Origin: Leidyana gryllorum EB-2025a
Lineage: Eukaryota > Protista > Apicomplexa
Direction of reading: 5' to 3'
NCBI GenBank assembly: GCA_048772705.1
Contig: JBLWGC010000186.1
Span: forward strand, 28,303 to 92,302
DNA: 64,000 nt
The notes below the pieces were generated by a model, which was not told the DNA's origin, did not search any database, and worked only from the letters and a program-made list of their open reading frames with translations. The stretch's first letter is position 1, and each line of letters starts with the position of its first letter. Both the position numbers and the translations under genes were made by a program. Shown one piece after another: positions 38,301 to 50,639 of this stretch.

Positions 38301-41300
38301 CTGGAGCCGTTGCTATCTACGAGTTGCCCGAGGTCGGAGCGACTCTGACGTTGGCAGATGACGTTGTTATGCCCCGTCGTCTGACTCCAATGGCACCGGA
38401 GGATCGCGCCGATATTGTGTCGAAGCTGGAAGGAGCCCGCAAAGTCCACGAGAACATCACCCTATACGCGACTACTCTGACTTTGGCGACTATTGGCCTG
38501 AGCGTTGTGGCTGCTGCATACGCTGTTGTTTGGTTCGCGTACCTGGCAGCTCCGCAACACAACACCACGATGGAGAGTACTGTGACCGAAGGTGCTGAGG
38601 ACTACGAGTTGATTCAGCCTCTGAACGAGCTGTCTCAGAGTCAGCAATTGCCTCAGCTCTCAGATTCTGAGAACGTGGCGGCTGCTGGCTGTCAGTTTGC
38701 TATGCGTCCTGACTTCCCCACGATTCTCCATCCGGTCAGATTCTTCAGCTGGTTCGCTGATTTTGCTTTCATCGCTTACACTCAAGCCAGTGTGGGTATT
38801 CTGATGGCCAAGGCGGATCTCTTTGGCCCCGTCTCCCTGTTCGGCGGACTCATCACAATGCCGTTGATTGCTTTGAAGGCTCTCGCCGCGGTTCTCTTCA
38901 TCTCCTGTTTGGCTTACCTCCTTTGGGGTACCGCCTGTTTGGTTGGTGCTCAATCTCGAGTGGTGTTTGGCAACCAGTTCTGCGAGTATCACGATGCTGT
39001 GCTCACGAAGGCCAAAGCTACCTGGAAGCCGACATGGACTCGGTGGCTGGGTTCGTTCAGCAGAGCTTTCCAAGTCGAAATCAGCAGTGTCGCCCCACTC
39101 CAAGCCGCCCACGATCGGGAGTCTCGGGCAGTTGTCTTTGACGCGGAGAAGGCGGCCGAGGGCGCTTCCCCGATGGCGTCTCACTATGGGTACGATCGCG
39201 TGCCCAATGGTGACGAGCCCGTGCCAACTCCTCCCAAATACCGCGTTGAAGGTGACGCTGTCGAGGTGGCGATTAACGACCGTCTTTACACCTCCATCAA
39301 CGAGAACTACGACCGTCACAACGCAGTTTTCGTGGAGCGATACCCCGATGCGAAGATTGGCGAGACCAACTTTGTGCTGCAGAACGCTTATGGATACCCC
39401 GTGTCTCTGAACGCTGACTTGCAGCTCAAACATATCACCTCTCTGATGCAACTGATGGACAACTTCCCCTTCTGGTTGCCTCGCGAGAACTGTCAAATGC
39501 CCATCAAGGACGCGCTCTTCAATCTCTTCAGCCAGGCTGGCCGAGGACTCTTCCTGGACTGGGCGGTCAACCGTGGCCTTCTGTTCATCACTCTGGTGGC
39601 TGTGACTGCAATGGCGACTAACTCTGGTTCCTCGGCGGCGCTGTTGGTGTTGGCCGTCTTTAGTTTGCTGAGTGGTGTCATCCGAGTTCCGTTCGCTGCG
39701 GCTGCCGGTATGTCCAAATACTCGCGCGATGCCACTCTGTGGGAGGAGGAGTTGAACGAGATGCGTGCTGCCTGCGCCGAAGCTCGTAACGCCGAGTCTA
39801 TCTGGCCCTTCAACGAGCCGGGCTTCTCTGATCGCTTCCGCCTGGTTCGCGAGAAGAAGCGTCGCGTCTTTGGCCAGAGCCGCCAAGCCAAGGCTGACGC
39901 CCTCTTCCATGCTGCCTCTCCCAACGTTGATCAGGAGGCTGCATTGGCTGAGATGCACGCTCACGGCTTCTTCCACACACCCGCCTGGTATGTGACCAAA
40001 GAGATTCTATTGAGTGTCGGTTTCGCTGACATTCTGTTCGGTGTGGCCGCTTTGGTGGTCTTCATTCACCGTCGCTCGGCCCTCGCTGCCATCACTACAC
40101 CACTGATTGTCCTTCCCATCATCTTCGCTGCTGTCGCACTGCTGAACGTCCGTCCAGCTCACGCGTTCTGGCGCGGTCTGCAATCCATCTATGCTGAGAT
40201 GTGCAAAGACGGTGCCTGGTTCACTGTTGCCTCCCACGATCTCTTCTTCGGCATTGGCGGATTCGGAGCTCGCATGGCCCACTTCACAACTCAATTGGGC
40301 AAATTCTTGTCCAAGGACCCCACTTTGAACTGGCACTATCCCAAGAGTGGCCGTGCCGTCAGACGCTTCCCAGTCGATGAGGCCACCATTGTTAGCAACG
40401 AGTTGGGTATGCACCTCGACGCTCGTGCTCAACCCTCCTCTGTGTACCTCCAAGCCACCGTACCCGACCAGAACCGACTCAAGTTGCACAAGACTCTCGT
40501 AGTTAAGGGCGGATTGGGCGATAGCCGTCGCGACCTCTATCGTTCTCTCCCTGTCCAAGTACCTTTCTGCCGCCTCTTCACTTACGACGGCAACGGATTC
40601 GCTCTTCGCCTCAACAGCGAAGCGCCCATCGACCGTCTCGTCGCCACCATCCAAGTCGTCAACCACACGTTCCGCGCAAACGCTGCTGGCTTACCCGCTT
40701 TGAAGGACACTACCCACGACTCCTACCTGTCCCTCTATGCCAACCCCGACTTCTTCCCGGCCCCCGGCAAAATCCGCCTCCGCAAGGCTGGCCACACCTA
40801 CTCTGTTCGCTATGACCCCGATCACTCCCAACTGGTGGTGAGAGGTCCCGCGATCACTCAGGGACGTCACTACTGGCTCTCCACGTCCGACAACCAGCCC
40901 GAACGGAAGCTGATGTACCAGAACGCCGCATCACCAACAGAGTCTGTGTCGGATGACTCTGTCTATCCCCCTCGCTCCAAGACCGCGGGTACCGGCACAG
41001 CATTCTGCAAGACACCAGGCGCTCTGCGGGTCGAAGTCGGCGGTCACGGCACCTTGGCACCCGATCTGTTCAAGACAATTGATGTCCAGACGCCGATGGG
41101 CACCACCATTGAAATCAATCCGATGGAGATTAAAGTCCACTACGACATTGACTGCAGCGAGTTGTTCCTGAGACATGAAGACTTTATGCCCTCCGATGCG
41201 GCATACCACGTCTCGTGGTACGTGAAGCCTCAGCAAGGCCAGAAGGTTCGCGTCGATGCTGTGGCGGGTGTCAATGGCTCTGTTGTCTTTGATGTGACCC

Positions 41301-44300
41301 CGGGTGAAACTCCCGACCTCGACTCCTGGCTCACTCTCCGTGACGATAAGAAGGCCACCATCGACATTGATCCCAAACAAACCGACGCCTATCAAATCAT
41401 GTTCCCCGAGAAAGCCTCTACCTCTGGCCATGCCTTCAAGACTGCCATCGGCCGCATGAACGCTCTCACGCGCTATTGCAGCGGTGATGAGTCTCAGTTC
41501 TCATCTCACATCACCGAGGAACCCATTCCCTGCACTGTGGTCCAATGTGTCAACCCTATTGAAAGAATCTTCCGTGTGGATCCCGACTTCCATGAGGCTC
41601 ATCGTGTCCTGAAAGCTCGTGTGCACGAATTCCGTGCTCACCAGCGGTGTGTGGACGCTGAACTCTCGGCGCTTTGGCCGACTGTTATGACTGTGGAAGA
41701 GTATGTGGGTTTCTGGAAGTCTCGCGGTGTTATTATTGTGGACGAGATGGGCAATGTTGTGGACCCTCTGGGAGCCGAGCGTGATGACGAGCGTTTCCAG
41801 GCTGTCTTCAAGGAAGTTGCGGTCGGTGACGTCGACCTCCGCTCGCTCTGCTCCGCTCGATTGGATCAAAAGATAGCAGAGTTGGAGAACCAGATGGATC
41901 GTGTGCGTGTGTGGATCAGAGCTTACGCCGACCCGAATTTGCACACCGCCCAACTGGAACGCGATCGTGCTGACTGGAACTTGAGGGAGGACGAGACCCT
42001 TCAGTCACAATCTGCTGTCCTCGCTGACCACAAGTCAATGTATGAGAGCGAATGCGACAACTTTGTGTACCCCTGCAACATTCCCGATTGCTTCATCGCC
42101 CGCAGACCCAACTTGGCTGCCCAATTCCGCCTTTGGTTGGATCATCTGCAATCGTGGCTCATCTGCGAAGAGGGCTGCGAAGTGTCGTCTAAATCGGGTC
42201 AACAGCGCGTGGCTTCGATCACCTCCGACATCATGCAAGCCCTTAAGCTCACCCTCTTCAGCAATGAAGTGCGGACCACCTACGACTACAAGTCGGTCCT
42301 TCACTATGCCATCAGCTCGCATATGCTGCGTGGCCTCGACACTTTCTGGTGCCCTGACACTATCAAAGCACACCCAGCTTGTGTTCGTGCTTGGACTGTC
42401 AAGGACGACGAGAGAACCGCCGACTTTGACTGCCTGCCGGAGCGCATTCCCTGTTTGCTGCGTCTCACACCCAATGCTCTGCAGATACTGATGCCCAATG
42501 CTGGTGATCTCAGCCGTAACTGCAAAGCCACCGACTACCCGTGGCAGAACAGCACCGGTCTGTACATCCCGCTCCACGCCTTCCAAAAGTTCGAGTTGAT
42601 CCGCGACTCTTCGCTGCCCGCAGCTACATCGGATCCCAAGCCATTCGCCGCAATGACCACCAAATTGGTCTGTCGCAAGAACCAACGCTCCAATGTGGAT
42701 GATGGATTCGTGCGGCGTACCGAAGACGGACAGATTGGCAACGATATTACCTTCGATGATGTCACCGGCAACAAGGTCCGCTTCCGCATCATGATCGGCC
42801 ACTGCGTGCCTCCTCACGACGTCCGGGATCGCACAGCCGAAGTCGACCCATCGATCGAGGCACCGTTCGTCAATATCTATCCTCTCACCTTCAACATGAA
42901 CCCGGCCTTCGCTGACCAATGGGAGCGCGCAATCAAGATGGCTCAACTGGATCAACCGCACGGCGTCCCGTTCGACGGGGTCATCGACGATGGTGTTGCC
43001 AGCCAGAATGTGTCCTCTTCCAGCAGTCCCTCATCCGTGAGTCCAGGCCCCGAACCGCCAGAGCCCCCTGTTGTAAACACCAAGGAAGTGAAACCGGAGC
43101 CTGTAGAACGTCAACCGCGCCAGAGCGACTACGTGCTGTTCAGCTCCAGCGCTGGAGAGCACTCGTCACAGAGCTCAACGGGCCCACAGACCCTCGGCCA
43201 GCGATTCGTCTACGAGGGTGATGGCAAACTTATGAAACCACGCGAAGGTCATCCAAGAGGCACGGTCATCTACAACGGTCCATGGGAGAACGGGCAACGT
43301 CACGGTGACAATTGTGAATACTACTTCTCGGACAGCTACAAGAAGAGAGGCGAAGATCGACCCAGAGACTGGAAGTACACCGGTGCCTTCATGCACGACC
43401 AAATGGTTGGAAGAGTTCGTATTCGTTTGCAACCCGGAGAACTTATGGACGAGTTGGCTCGGTTGGATGACCCAACCAGGCCAGAGCGTATGACTCCGAT
43501 GGCAATCGAATGCACTCTCAATCCTCCTTCACCTCACCGCCAGGAGCAAATCCCGCCTGCTACTGAGGTTCGCATGCTCCACGCTATAGTACCACCAGTC
43601 ATCCTCAAGGCCATCTTCGACTCGCCTCAGTACGAACCGGATGCCCAGGAGTTGGCCACCGCTATGAGTGATTTTGTTCCGGCCCATAGCTCACTGGATC
43701 CCTCGGAACGTAATGCCCTTATCAAACTCCTCAGCAGTGTCTACTGGAGAGACAATGAGATCATGTGCGACGCTGCGGCAGATCACGAAGTCTTCAGCAA
43801 CCAGCGCTTGGTTCAGGATCTTCTGGAGGCATTGCCCGGTCCGGGTCAACCCCCGAGCCACGACCTGGCTGGACCCGCCGCTCTTCTGTGCAACCTCTTC
43901 CCCCACAAGACCAGATGGCAGAAGGAAGTTGTGAACAACAATGCTGTGGTCTTCTCTCGCATCACAGAAGGCACAATGCGTCTGGCTGATGGCAGTATCT
44001 TCAGTGGTCGCACTGTTGATGGCCTCCCGCACGGCGAGGGTGTCCTCTGCAACCCCATTGTGGGCATCCATTACCAGGGAGCTTTCGATTCCGGCAAACC
44101 TCATGGATATGGTGTTCTGGAGTTCAGACGGGGCCAGCGAGAGTTCGCTGCCTACTACGGAGCTTTCAACCACGGCCAGCGTCATGGCGAAGGTCGCTTG
44201 AACAGTTGGAAGGACCAGGTATTCGTGCGTGGTGATTGGGAGAACGATCGTTTGCGCGGAGACAAGGCGTGTGCAATTGTCATGACTCCTGCGTTTGCCG

Positions 44301-46145
44301 CCGAACGCAACTTCAACTTCCATGCATACGAGGGACGCATCCGCAATGGTATCCCGTCGAATGACGAGACCAACAAGACTTACTTCACCAGCGGTGTGGT
44401 GTACGTCGGTGGTTACGATGAAAGTGGTCGTCGCAATGGTTTGGGCCGTATTGTCAAGTACACAGACAAGGGTAAAGAGGAGATCATGTTTGCCGGAAAC
44501 TTCGCTAGCAACTTGCCACAAGGTTCATGCACCCGATATGTATTGCCGAACGGCACTGTGTACATTGGTGGCATGATCGCTGGCCAACGTCATGGTATGG
44601 GTGAACTGTATGCCGTGGACATCAAGTCTGGTGCTTTGTTGATGGTCTACGAGGGTCTGTGGTCGAACGACAGACCTCACGGTCGCGGATTGTTCATTGG
44701 CGATGATGGTGAATATGATGGTGAATGGGTGCGTGGGAAGCGTCACGGCAAGGGTCGATTCACATACAAGGAGAACGCTTTGCCGAATGGCAAGTTCCGA
44801 GTGTATGAAGGAGACTGGAAGGACGATCAACCTCATGGTACCGGTCGATATCTCAGTCAAAACGCTGCTGACAATGTTTACCGTTTCGATAAGGGTATAA
44901 TTGTGGAGCAGTCAGTGTCGTCATACAAGCCATGCTGTGGCAACGCTCCTGAACTCCAGAAGAACGAAGCTCAGGTCAAGCCGACCAACTTCTCGGTGGT
45001 GGTCGAGAAGGACGCTTGGTGGAATCCAGCCAGGGCGGCATTGAACACTGAATACTTCCAGCAGATACTTGAAGAGGTGACCAAGTTTGGCTCATGGAAT
45101 GACTACCTGCGCCACTACCAGTTGACCGACCCTGACACTCCAGGCGAGCTGGAGCCCGTCAGTCGGCATCAGCCGGTGGTGCTGCAGCCGTCAGGACCAG
45201 TGATGCCTAACAAGGAGTTTAAGCCACCTGTCGCCCCCGTGACTCCCGGTCAGATGCGAGATGTGGTCAAACTGTTTGTGGTGGAGGGACGCAACATGAA
45301 GTGCGGACCCAAGTCTGACCCGTATGTTAAAGTGACCTATGGCAGTACGCTCAAGAAGACTAAGCGGATAACTAGTGGAGGTCCCAACTGCAAGTTCAAT
45401 AAAACACTGCTGTTCCCGGCTGAAGCCAATGTTAACGAGATGTCTATCGAAGTTTATGATTCTGATCGTCTGTCTCACGACGATTTTATTGGCCGAGCAG
45501 TCATTCCTCTCGAATCTCTCCGTCCTGGTGCTGAGGATGTCAACAAGGTGGTCAACCTACAGCACACCAAGAATGGCAAGCGGGAAGACCGCGGTCAGAT
45601 TGTGCTGTCGCTCTTCCGCACAAAGGTCTCTGACCTTTTGCAGATTAGCGCGCAGTCCAGTCAGAACACCAACGCGTCTGCCCAAGCTGGATATGGTCCT
45701 CATCTTCGAGCCACTATCCACAACGTCCAGAACATCAAGCCTGTCGCGACCACACCTGGAGCCGCTCTCGCTCCTTCAGTCCAAGTCTCACTCGGACACA
45801 AGGAAGCCAACACTGCAACTGGCAACGGTATCAATGTCCCGTTCGATGAAACGCTATTCATTCCATACAACGGTCACGAGCAAGCGAGGTGAGTTCTTAT
45901 CAGCGCGGACGTATTCACCTTCTCTTGCAGATTTGCTCTGATCGATCGCTCTGTGGAGAAGAAACCCGTTGTCATGGGCAAAGCAGTGATCAATATCAAA
46001 GAGAAACCCGAGTTCAGCGGACTCCTCAAGGTAAGTAACCAATGCCCAACCCTCAATTGTACACACACACACACAAACACAGTTTGAGTCGGATTCCGGC
46101 GAAGTTGTTGGCATTCTGGACGTATCCATCACGCTCAAGAAGTGA
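35309..46145 (+). CDS. Giant (~3,570 aa) multi-pass membrane protein: signal peptide, Thr mucin tract, cadherin-like beta-sandwiches, Pro-rich RRL repeats, TM bundle, MORN repeats, two C2 domains
   Basis: One ~10.6-kb exon plus two small 3' exons (intron 45889-45930, second gtaagt..cacag intron; stop 46143-46145). NLASLSV..LDPVF and TLAELGV..LSTPF repeats; YxGxWxxGxxHGxG MORN repeats; SDPYVKV..VYDSDRLSHDDFIG C2. Confidence 0.85.
37560..38400 (+). repeat. Internal coding repeats (poly-Pro/basic segment, RRL, acidic segment, aromatic residues)
   Basis: For example gaggaccaatcagctggactcttc occurs twice; six RRL plus one RSL motif. Confidence 0.85.
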
Positions 46146-46396
46146 TCTTTTTTCTGCGAGCGGGTCATTGGAATGCTCACCGTCATTCAAATTAACCAAT
46201 CAACAAATCCTTGATCGTCACAGAAAAGAGACCTCGCACAACGTGCATAGGGCCTCCCCCGTAAATCCCGTGGGCGCGGTTGAAAGCATCTGTCATTTAC
46301 TGTCTCTTTCTCTTTCTCTCAATCGCAAAATGCACTCTCGGCTACAGATGGGTTTCAATTTTCGTTTGTGTAGTTCAATTCAGCTGCGATAGATAT

Positions 46397-49048
46397 ATGA
46401 TCGCAGAGCTTAGGTCCATTGATAGTAATGACGCGTTTGCTCCAGTGACACGCAAAACATATAAACGGCCATCGTTCAGAATTGAGGCTGCTGACATTCA
46501 TATAACTCTGAATACTGACCACCCAGTGGTGGAAACTGAGCTCAAAATACAACGGATTGAATCCAGCGCTACAGATCTCATCCTCTACGGAGCGGCTCTT
46601 GTACTGTTGGACCTCCGCGTCAATGGCGAAAGTATACAATGCACAAAGCACAGCAGTCGAGAGAGTTTCGACAAATTCGAAGAGCTCGTCTTCTCTGACA
46701 TCCGCCATGACTCCTTCGTCCTGTCGATCGCCCAGAAGGTTCGTATTTGGAGTGAGGACGAGATGAGCTCGGGCCTCTTCCGCTATCGGGACTCCATCCT
46801 GCTCCAAACTGAACCAGAGGGTATGTTCCAGATCTGCTACTGGCTAGACAACCCGTGTAGCCGGACTCTCTTCAGCGTCAAGTTGACAGGCGAGAAAAAA
46901 TCTTTTCCGGTTCTGCTCAGCAACGGATACAAGACAGAGCACATAGAGCACGACAATGGGCTCCACACCGTCACCTTCTCGGATCCCCACCCCAAGCCAG
47001 CCCACATGGTGGGTGTATGTGCCGGGAAACTCGAGTGTGTCAAAGGCCTCTACCAGGGCCGAAAAGGCGACCAGGTGACCATTGAGGTCTATTCTGATGC
47101 GAAATATATCAAAGGATTGGAATGGGCCATAGAGGCTGCTTGTCTTGCATTGCGATTTGACGAGGAGTACTACGATGTCGACTATGATTTGGGGGTCTTT
47201 CGTGTTGTTGGCCTCAAAGACTTCCTGATGGGGGGCTCTGGAAGCAAATCTCTGTGTCTATTGAATATATCGGATCTAAAGGCTACACGCTCGCACAACG
47301 CTGATCGCTCCTTTCGACGAATTCTCACCTGTGTTGGTCATGAATACTTCCATAATTGGACCGGAAACGTTCTTAACATCAAAAATTGGTTCGAGATTTG
47401 CCTCAAAGAGAGCTTCACCGCCTTTCGGGAACAAGAATTCGAGCAGTGGTACTACGGCCCTACGGTGGCGCGGATAAATAGAGTCAAAAAACTCCGCGAG
47501 TGGCAAGACCGCCATCACTATGTCCCACTGCGACCCGACGTCTACGAAGAAGCCAGTCTTCTCTATAATAGCAATCTGTATATGAAAGGGGCGGAGGTCT
47601 TTGGGATGTACAAAACCCTCCTGGGACCAAACGACTACCGAAAAGGTCTGTGTGTTCTCCACAAATGCGATGGAGAAGATGTCGGCTGCGAAGACTTCCA
47701 CGAGGCCATGCAGAGTGTCAGCGGACGGAATTTGGAGCGTCTCAAACTCTGGTTCACTCGTGGAGGAATGCCAGAAGTCACAGTCAAAGAGCGGGAGTAC
47801 TGTGCGGACTCGCACACATATCGTATAACTTTGCAGCAGCGATTGGATTGCGACGCCTCTGACACACCAATGAAAGAAGAGCCGATGATGATCCCGATTC
47901 TGTGTGGATTGATTGGCCGAGAAAGTGGAAGAGATCTGATCGGAACAACCTGTTTGGTTCTCGATCAGTGGGAAAAGACTTTTGAATTACTCAATGTCTC
48001 TGAAGATTGCATCCCATCTGTGCTGAGAAACTATTCAGCCCCAGTCATACTGCGAGACTTCCTAACAGAGGAGGAAATGTGCCTTTTGGTCAAGTTTGAC
48101 TGTGACGACTTTAATCGGTGGGAGATGGTTCGCAAGCTATTCGGAAGTGAAGCTTTGCGGAGAGCACCTCAAGAGGGACCATTCACTAGAGTCGATAAAG
48201 AGGTCAAAGTCTATTGCAAACTCTTCGAAAGATCGCCGTCCATTGCATCAATTTCTGATACTCCTCTGTCGAGAAGACTTCGCGAGATTTACAGATCACT
48301 ATGCGACCGAGCCTCTCAAGGGCAGGACTACGGATTGGTTGCCGAGTGCCTGAAGGTGCCATTGATAAGCGACATTTGTGCGTATCACCGCTATGAACAG
48401 CGGCGAAACCCGTATAAAGTGACGATCGGGGTGCTCGACCTGCTCCGGGCTATGGTGAAAGCGCTTAAACCTGAGCTATGTGCTTTGTATCGAAGTGTCA
48501 GCACACACGTGCGAGACACCGGTCAGAAAATCGACATGGCGCCAGTGGCTGTGGACCGGCGTTCATTAGCCGGCGCGCTCCTCAGACTCTTGGCCTTGGG
48601 GACTAGAGATCGGTCTGAGCGTGAGAGGATGGTGGAAGAGGCATATTTTGGTCAGAGCTGTATGACCCAGAAGGAGTACGCGGTGATAGCCGCTGGGGAG
48701 ATGCACGACTGTAGAGTGCGTGAACGAGTGATTGGACATTTTTATCGCCACTGCAAGTCGGATGGAGACGACGCTATCAACAATTGGTTTATGCTGCAGG
48801 CGAAGGGTATAACTTCCTTTGTACCACACCGTGTGATAATGTTGACTAAACATCCGGATTTCCATAACTCATTTGATCTCGTGAGAATACGGTCTCTTTT
48901 CGATCCGGTTATCATGAATCCGATGATCATCTGGGACCCACAACAGGAAGGGCTCAAGTGGGCACTCAAGTGTTTGCAGCGTTTGGAGACGTTCGGTATC
49001 TGGAAACCGACTATCTCGTGGAAGTTCGGATGTGCTTATGTACAGTGA
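46397..49048 (+). CDS. M1 family aminopeptidase N (PepN-type), divergent
   Basis: FPVLLSNG, DPHPKP, GHEYFHNWTGN..WFEICLKES, YMKGAEV, PSVLRNYSAPV, DDFNRWE. A short extra 3' exon is possible via gtgagt near 49044. Confidence 0.88.
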   Translation: MIAELRSIDSNDAFAPVTRKTYKRPSFRIEAADIHITLNTDHPVVETELKIQRIESSATDLILYGAALVLLDLRVNGESIQCTKHSSRESFDKFEELVFSDIRHDSFVLSIAQKVRIWSEDEMSSGLFRYRDSILLQTEPEGMFQICYWLDNPCSRTLFSVKLTGEKKSFPVLLSNGYKTEHIEHDNGLHTVTFSDPHPKPAHMVGVCAGKLECVKGLYQGRKGDQVTIEVYSDAKYIKGLEWAIEAACLALRFDEEYYDVDYDLGVFRVVGLKDFLMGGSGSKSLCLLNISDLKATRSHNADRSFRRILTCVGHEYFHNWTGNVLNIKNWFEICLKESFTAFREQEFEQWYYGPTVARINRVKKLREWQDRHHYVPLRPDVYEEASLLYNSNLYMKGAEVFGMYKTLLGPNDYRKGLCVLHKCDGEDVGCEDFHEAMQSVSGRNLERLKLWFTRGGMPEVTVKEREYCADSHTYRITLQQRLDCDASDTPMKEEPMMIPILCGLIGRESGRDLIGTTCLVLDQWEKTFELLNVSEDCIPSVLRNYSAPVILRDFLTEEEMCLLVKFDCDDFNRWEMVRKLFGSEALRRAPQEGPFTRVDKEVKVYCKLFERSPSIASISDTPLSRRLREIYRSLCDRASQGQDYGLVAECLKVPLISDICAYHRYEQRRNPYKVTIGVLDLLRAMVKALKPELCALYRSVSTHVRDTGQKIDMAPVAVDRRSLAGALLRLLALGTRDRSERERMVEEAYFGQSCMTQKEYAVIAAGEMHDCRVRERVIGHFYRHCKSDGDDAINNWFMLQAKGITSFVPHRVIMLTKHPDFHNSFDLVRIRSLFDPVIMNPMIIWDPQQEGLKWALKCLQRLETFGIWKPTISWKFGCAYVQ

Positions 49049-49477
49049 GTGTATCATCGCAATGAGTCCTGTTGAATATGGAAAGCTCAGTTATAATTAT
49101 CACTTTACTCCTGAAATCAAGATGCTCATGGAGAAACTCCTCTCTCCCCAATGCACAGCGTGGGATTGGGAGCTGAAAGGGTCCTCATCGACTGTATTTT
49201 TGTAGCAAAACAACCAACAGGGATCGACAACAGTCTGGACAATGAGGAGATGGATCAATCCTGCACGTACCGCGCTGAATCCATGCTGCTGGTGTCGCAT
49301 GATTGTGGGCTGGTTGAACGGATGCCCTTCCCCCCCTCCCCCCGTGTTGCGGATTGCGGTGTCGCATGGTGGCTGCTGGCTCACAGCCAGACGTGTTAGC
49401 GTGTCAAATACTGATCGAGTGGCCAACGTAAGTTCCCAACGAGTGCGTATTTGTGTGACTCAAAAAGAGGTGTATGT

Positions 49478-50533
49478 TCAGAGAGCCGGCTGAGTGCCCT
49501 TGACATCGATGACGAATCTGAATTTAACATCGCTCTTGACAACGCGGTCATAGGCGTTGTTAACATCTTCACATTTGATCATCTCAACGATGGGCAAGAC
49601 TTGATTTTCGGCGCAGTAATTCAACATATCCTGTGTCTCCTTCATACCTCCGATCATGGAGCCCATAATGGTACGGCGGCGCGAGATGAGTCCGAAGACA
49701 TCCACCGTCGGGGGATCATTGGTCGGGGGGAGACCCACAACGACCAATGTGCCATCGATCTTGAGAAGGTTCAGATATTTGCCCATAGGTTTCTTGGCCG
49801 ACACAGTGTCGATGATAAAGTCCAGAGACTGAGAGTGGGCTTTGTACTCCTCATCAGTGGTGATGAGATCCTTCGCGCCCAAACTCATCGCCAATTCCTT
49901 CTTGTCGGCTGTGCGAGAGAGAGCAATGACCTCGTTGCCCATTTTGGCCGCGAACTGCACAGCCATGTGTCCGAGTCCACCAAGACCCACAACACCAACT
50001 TTGTATCCTCCCTTGTTCATCCCAGTAGCCACAATGGGGCTGTACACTGTGATACCGGCGCACAGCAGAGGGGCGGCGCGATCCATCGGAAGCGCTTCCG
50101 GGACGGAGACAACGAACCGCTGGTGAGCCACCACGTACTTGCCGTAACCACCATAGGTAACTTTGCCGTCTTTGTCCAGACTGTTGTAAGTGAAAGTGGT
50201 ATTGTCGCAGTAGTTCTCAAGATCCTTGTTGCAGGCATCGCAGGACTTGCACGAGTCAACCATGCAACCGATGCCAACGCGGTCTCCCGGCTTATATTTG
50301 GTGACGTTCTCTCCCACCTTCACTACGTGTCCAGTAAACTCGTGGCCCGGGACACACGGGTAAATGGTGGGGCCCCATTCCGACCGGGCGGTGTGGATGT
50401 CTGAATGGCAAATGCCACAGTAAGCGACTTCAACCAAAACGTCGTCGCCAGTGGGGTCACGCAGCTCATACTTGATAGGAGCCATGCCGCTGTCGGCAGC
50501 AGTAGCGCCATAACCGATACTCTGGACGGGCAT
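49478..50533 (-). CDS. NADP-dependent zinc alcohol dehydrogenase (CAD/YahK-type), copy 1
   Basis: CGICHSD, VPGHE, CxxCxxC..C, APLLCAGITVYSP, GLGGLGH, SDVKFRFVID; intronless. Confidence 0.95.
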   Translation of the reverse strand: MPVQSIGYGATAADSGMAPIKYELRDPTGDDVLVEVAYCGICHSDIHTARSEWGPTIYPCVPGHEFTGHVVKVGENVTKYKPGDRVGIGCMVDSCKSCDACNKDLENYCDNTTFTYNSLDKDGKVTYGGYGKYVVAHQRFVVSVPEALPMDRAAPLLCAGITVYSPIVATGMNKGGYKVGVVGLGGLGHMAVQFAAKMGNEVIALSRTADKKELAMSLGAKDLITTDEEYKAHSQSLDFIIDTVSAKKPMGKYLNLLKIDGTLVVVGLPPTNDPPTVDVFGLISRRRTIMGSMIGGMKETQDMLNYCAENQVLPIVEMIKCEDVNNAYDRVVKSDVKFRFVIDVKGTQPAL

Positions 50534-50611
50534 TGTCAACAATCAACGAGAAGACCAAAAGAGTGCTTCGACTGAGTATAAAATGAATTCTCACCACCCA
50601 TACTCTGAGAC

Positions 50612-50639
50612 TGGGACTTGGGACACTGGTGTGTCCCAA
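50612..50639. promoter_or_regulatory. Candidate TGGGAC cluster / palindrome upstream of ADH copy 1
   Basis: ttgggacac-tggt-gtgtcccaa 9-bp inverted repeat plus an extra tgggac. Confidence 0.35.

Noticed and set aside
38660-44521. Long minus-strand ORFs (438, 308 and 276 aa)
   Set aside because: Antisense shadows of the strongly codon-biased giant gene.
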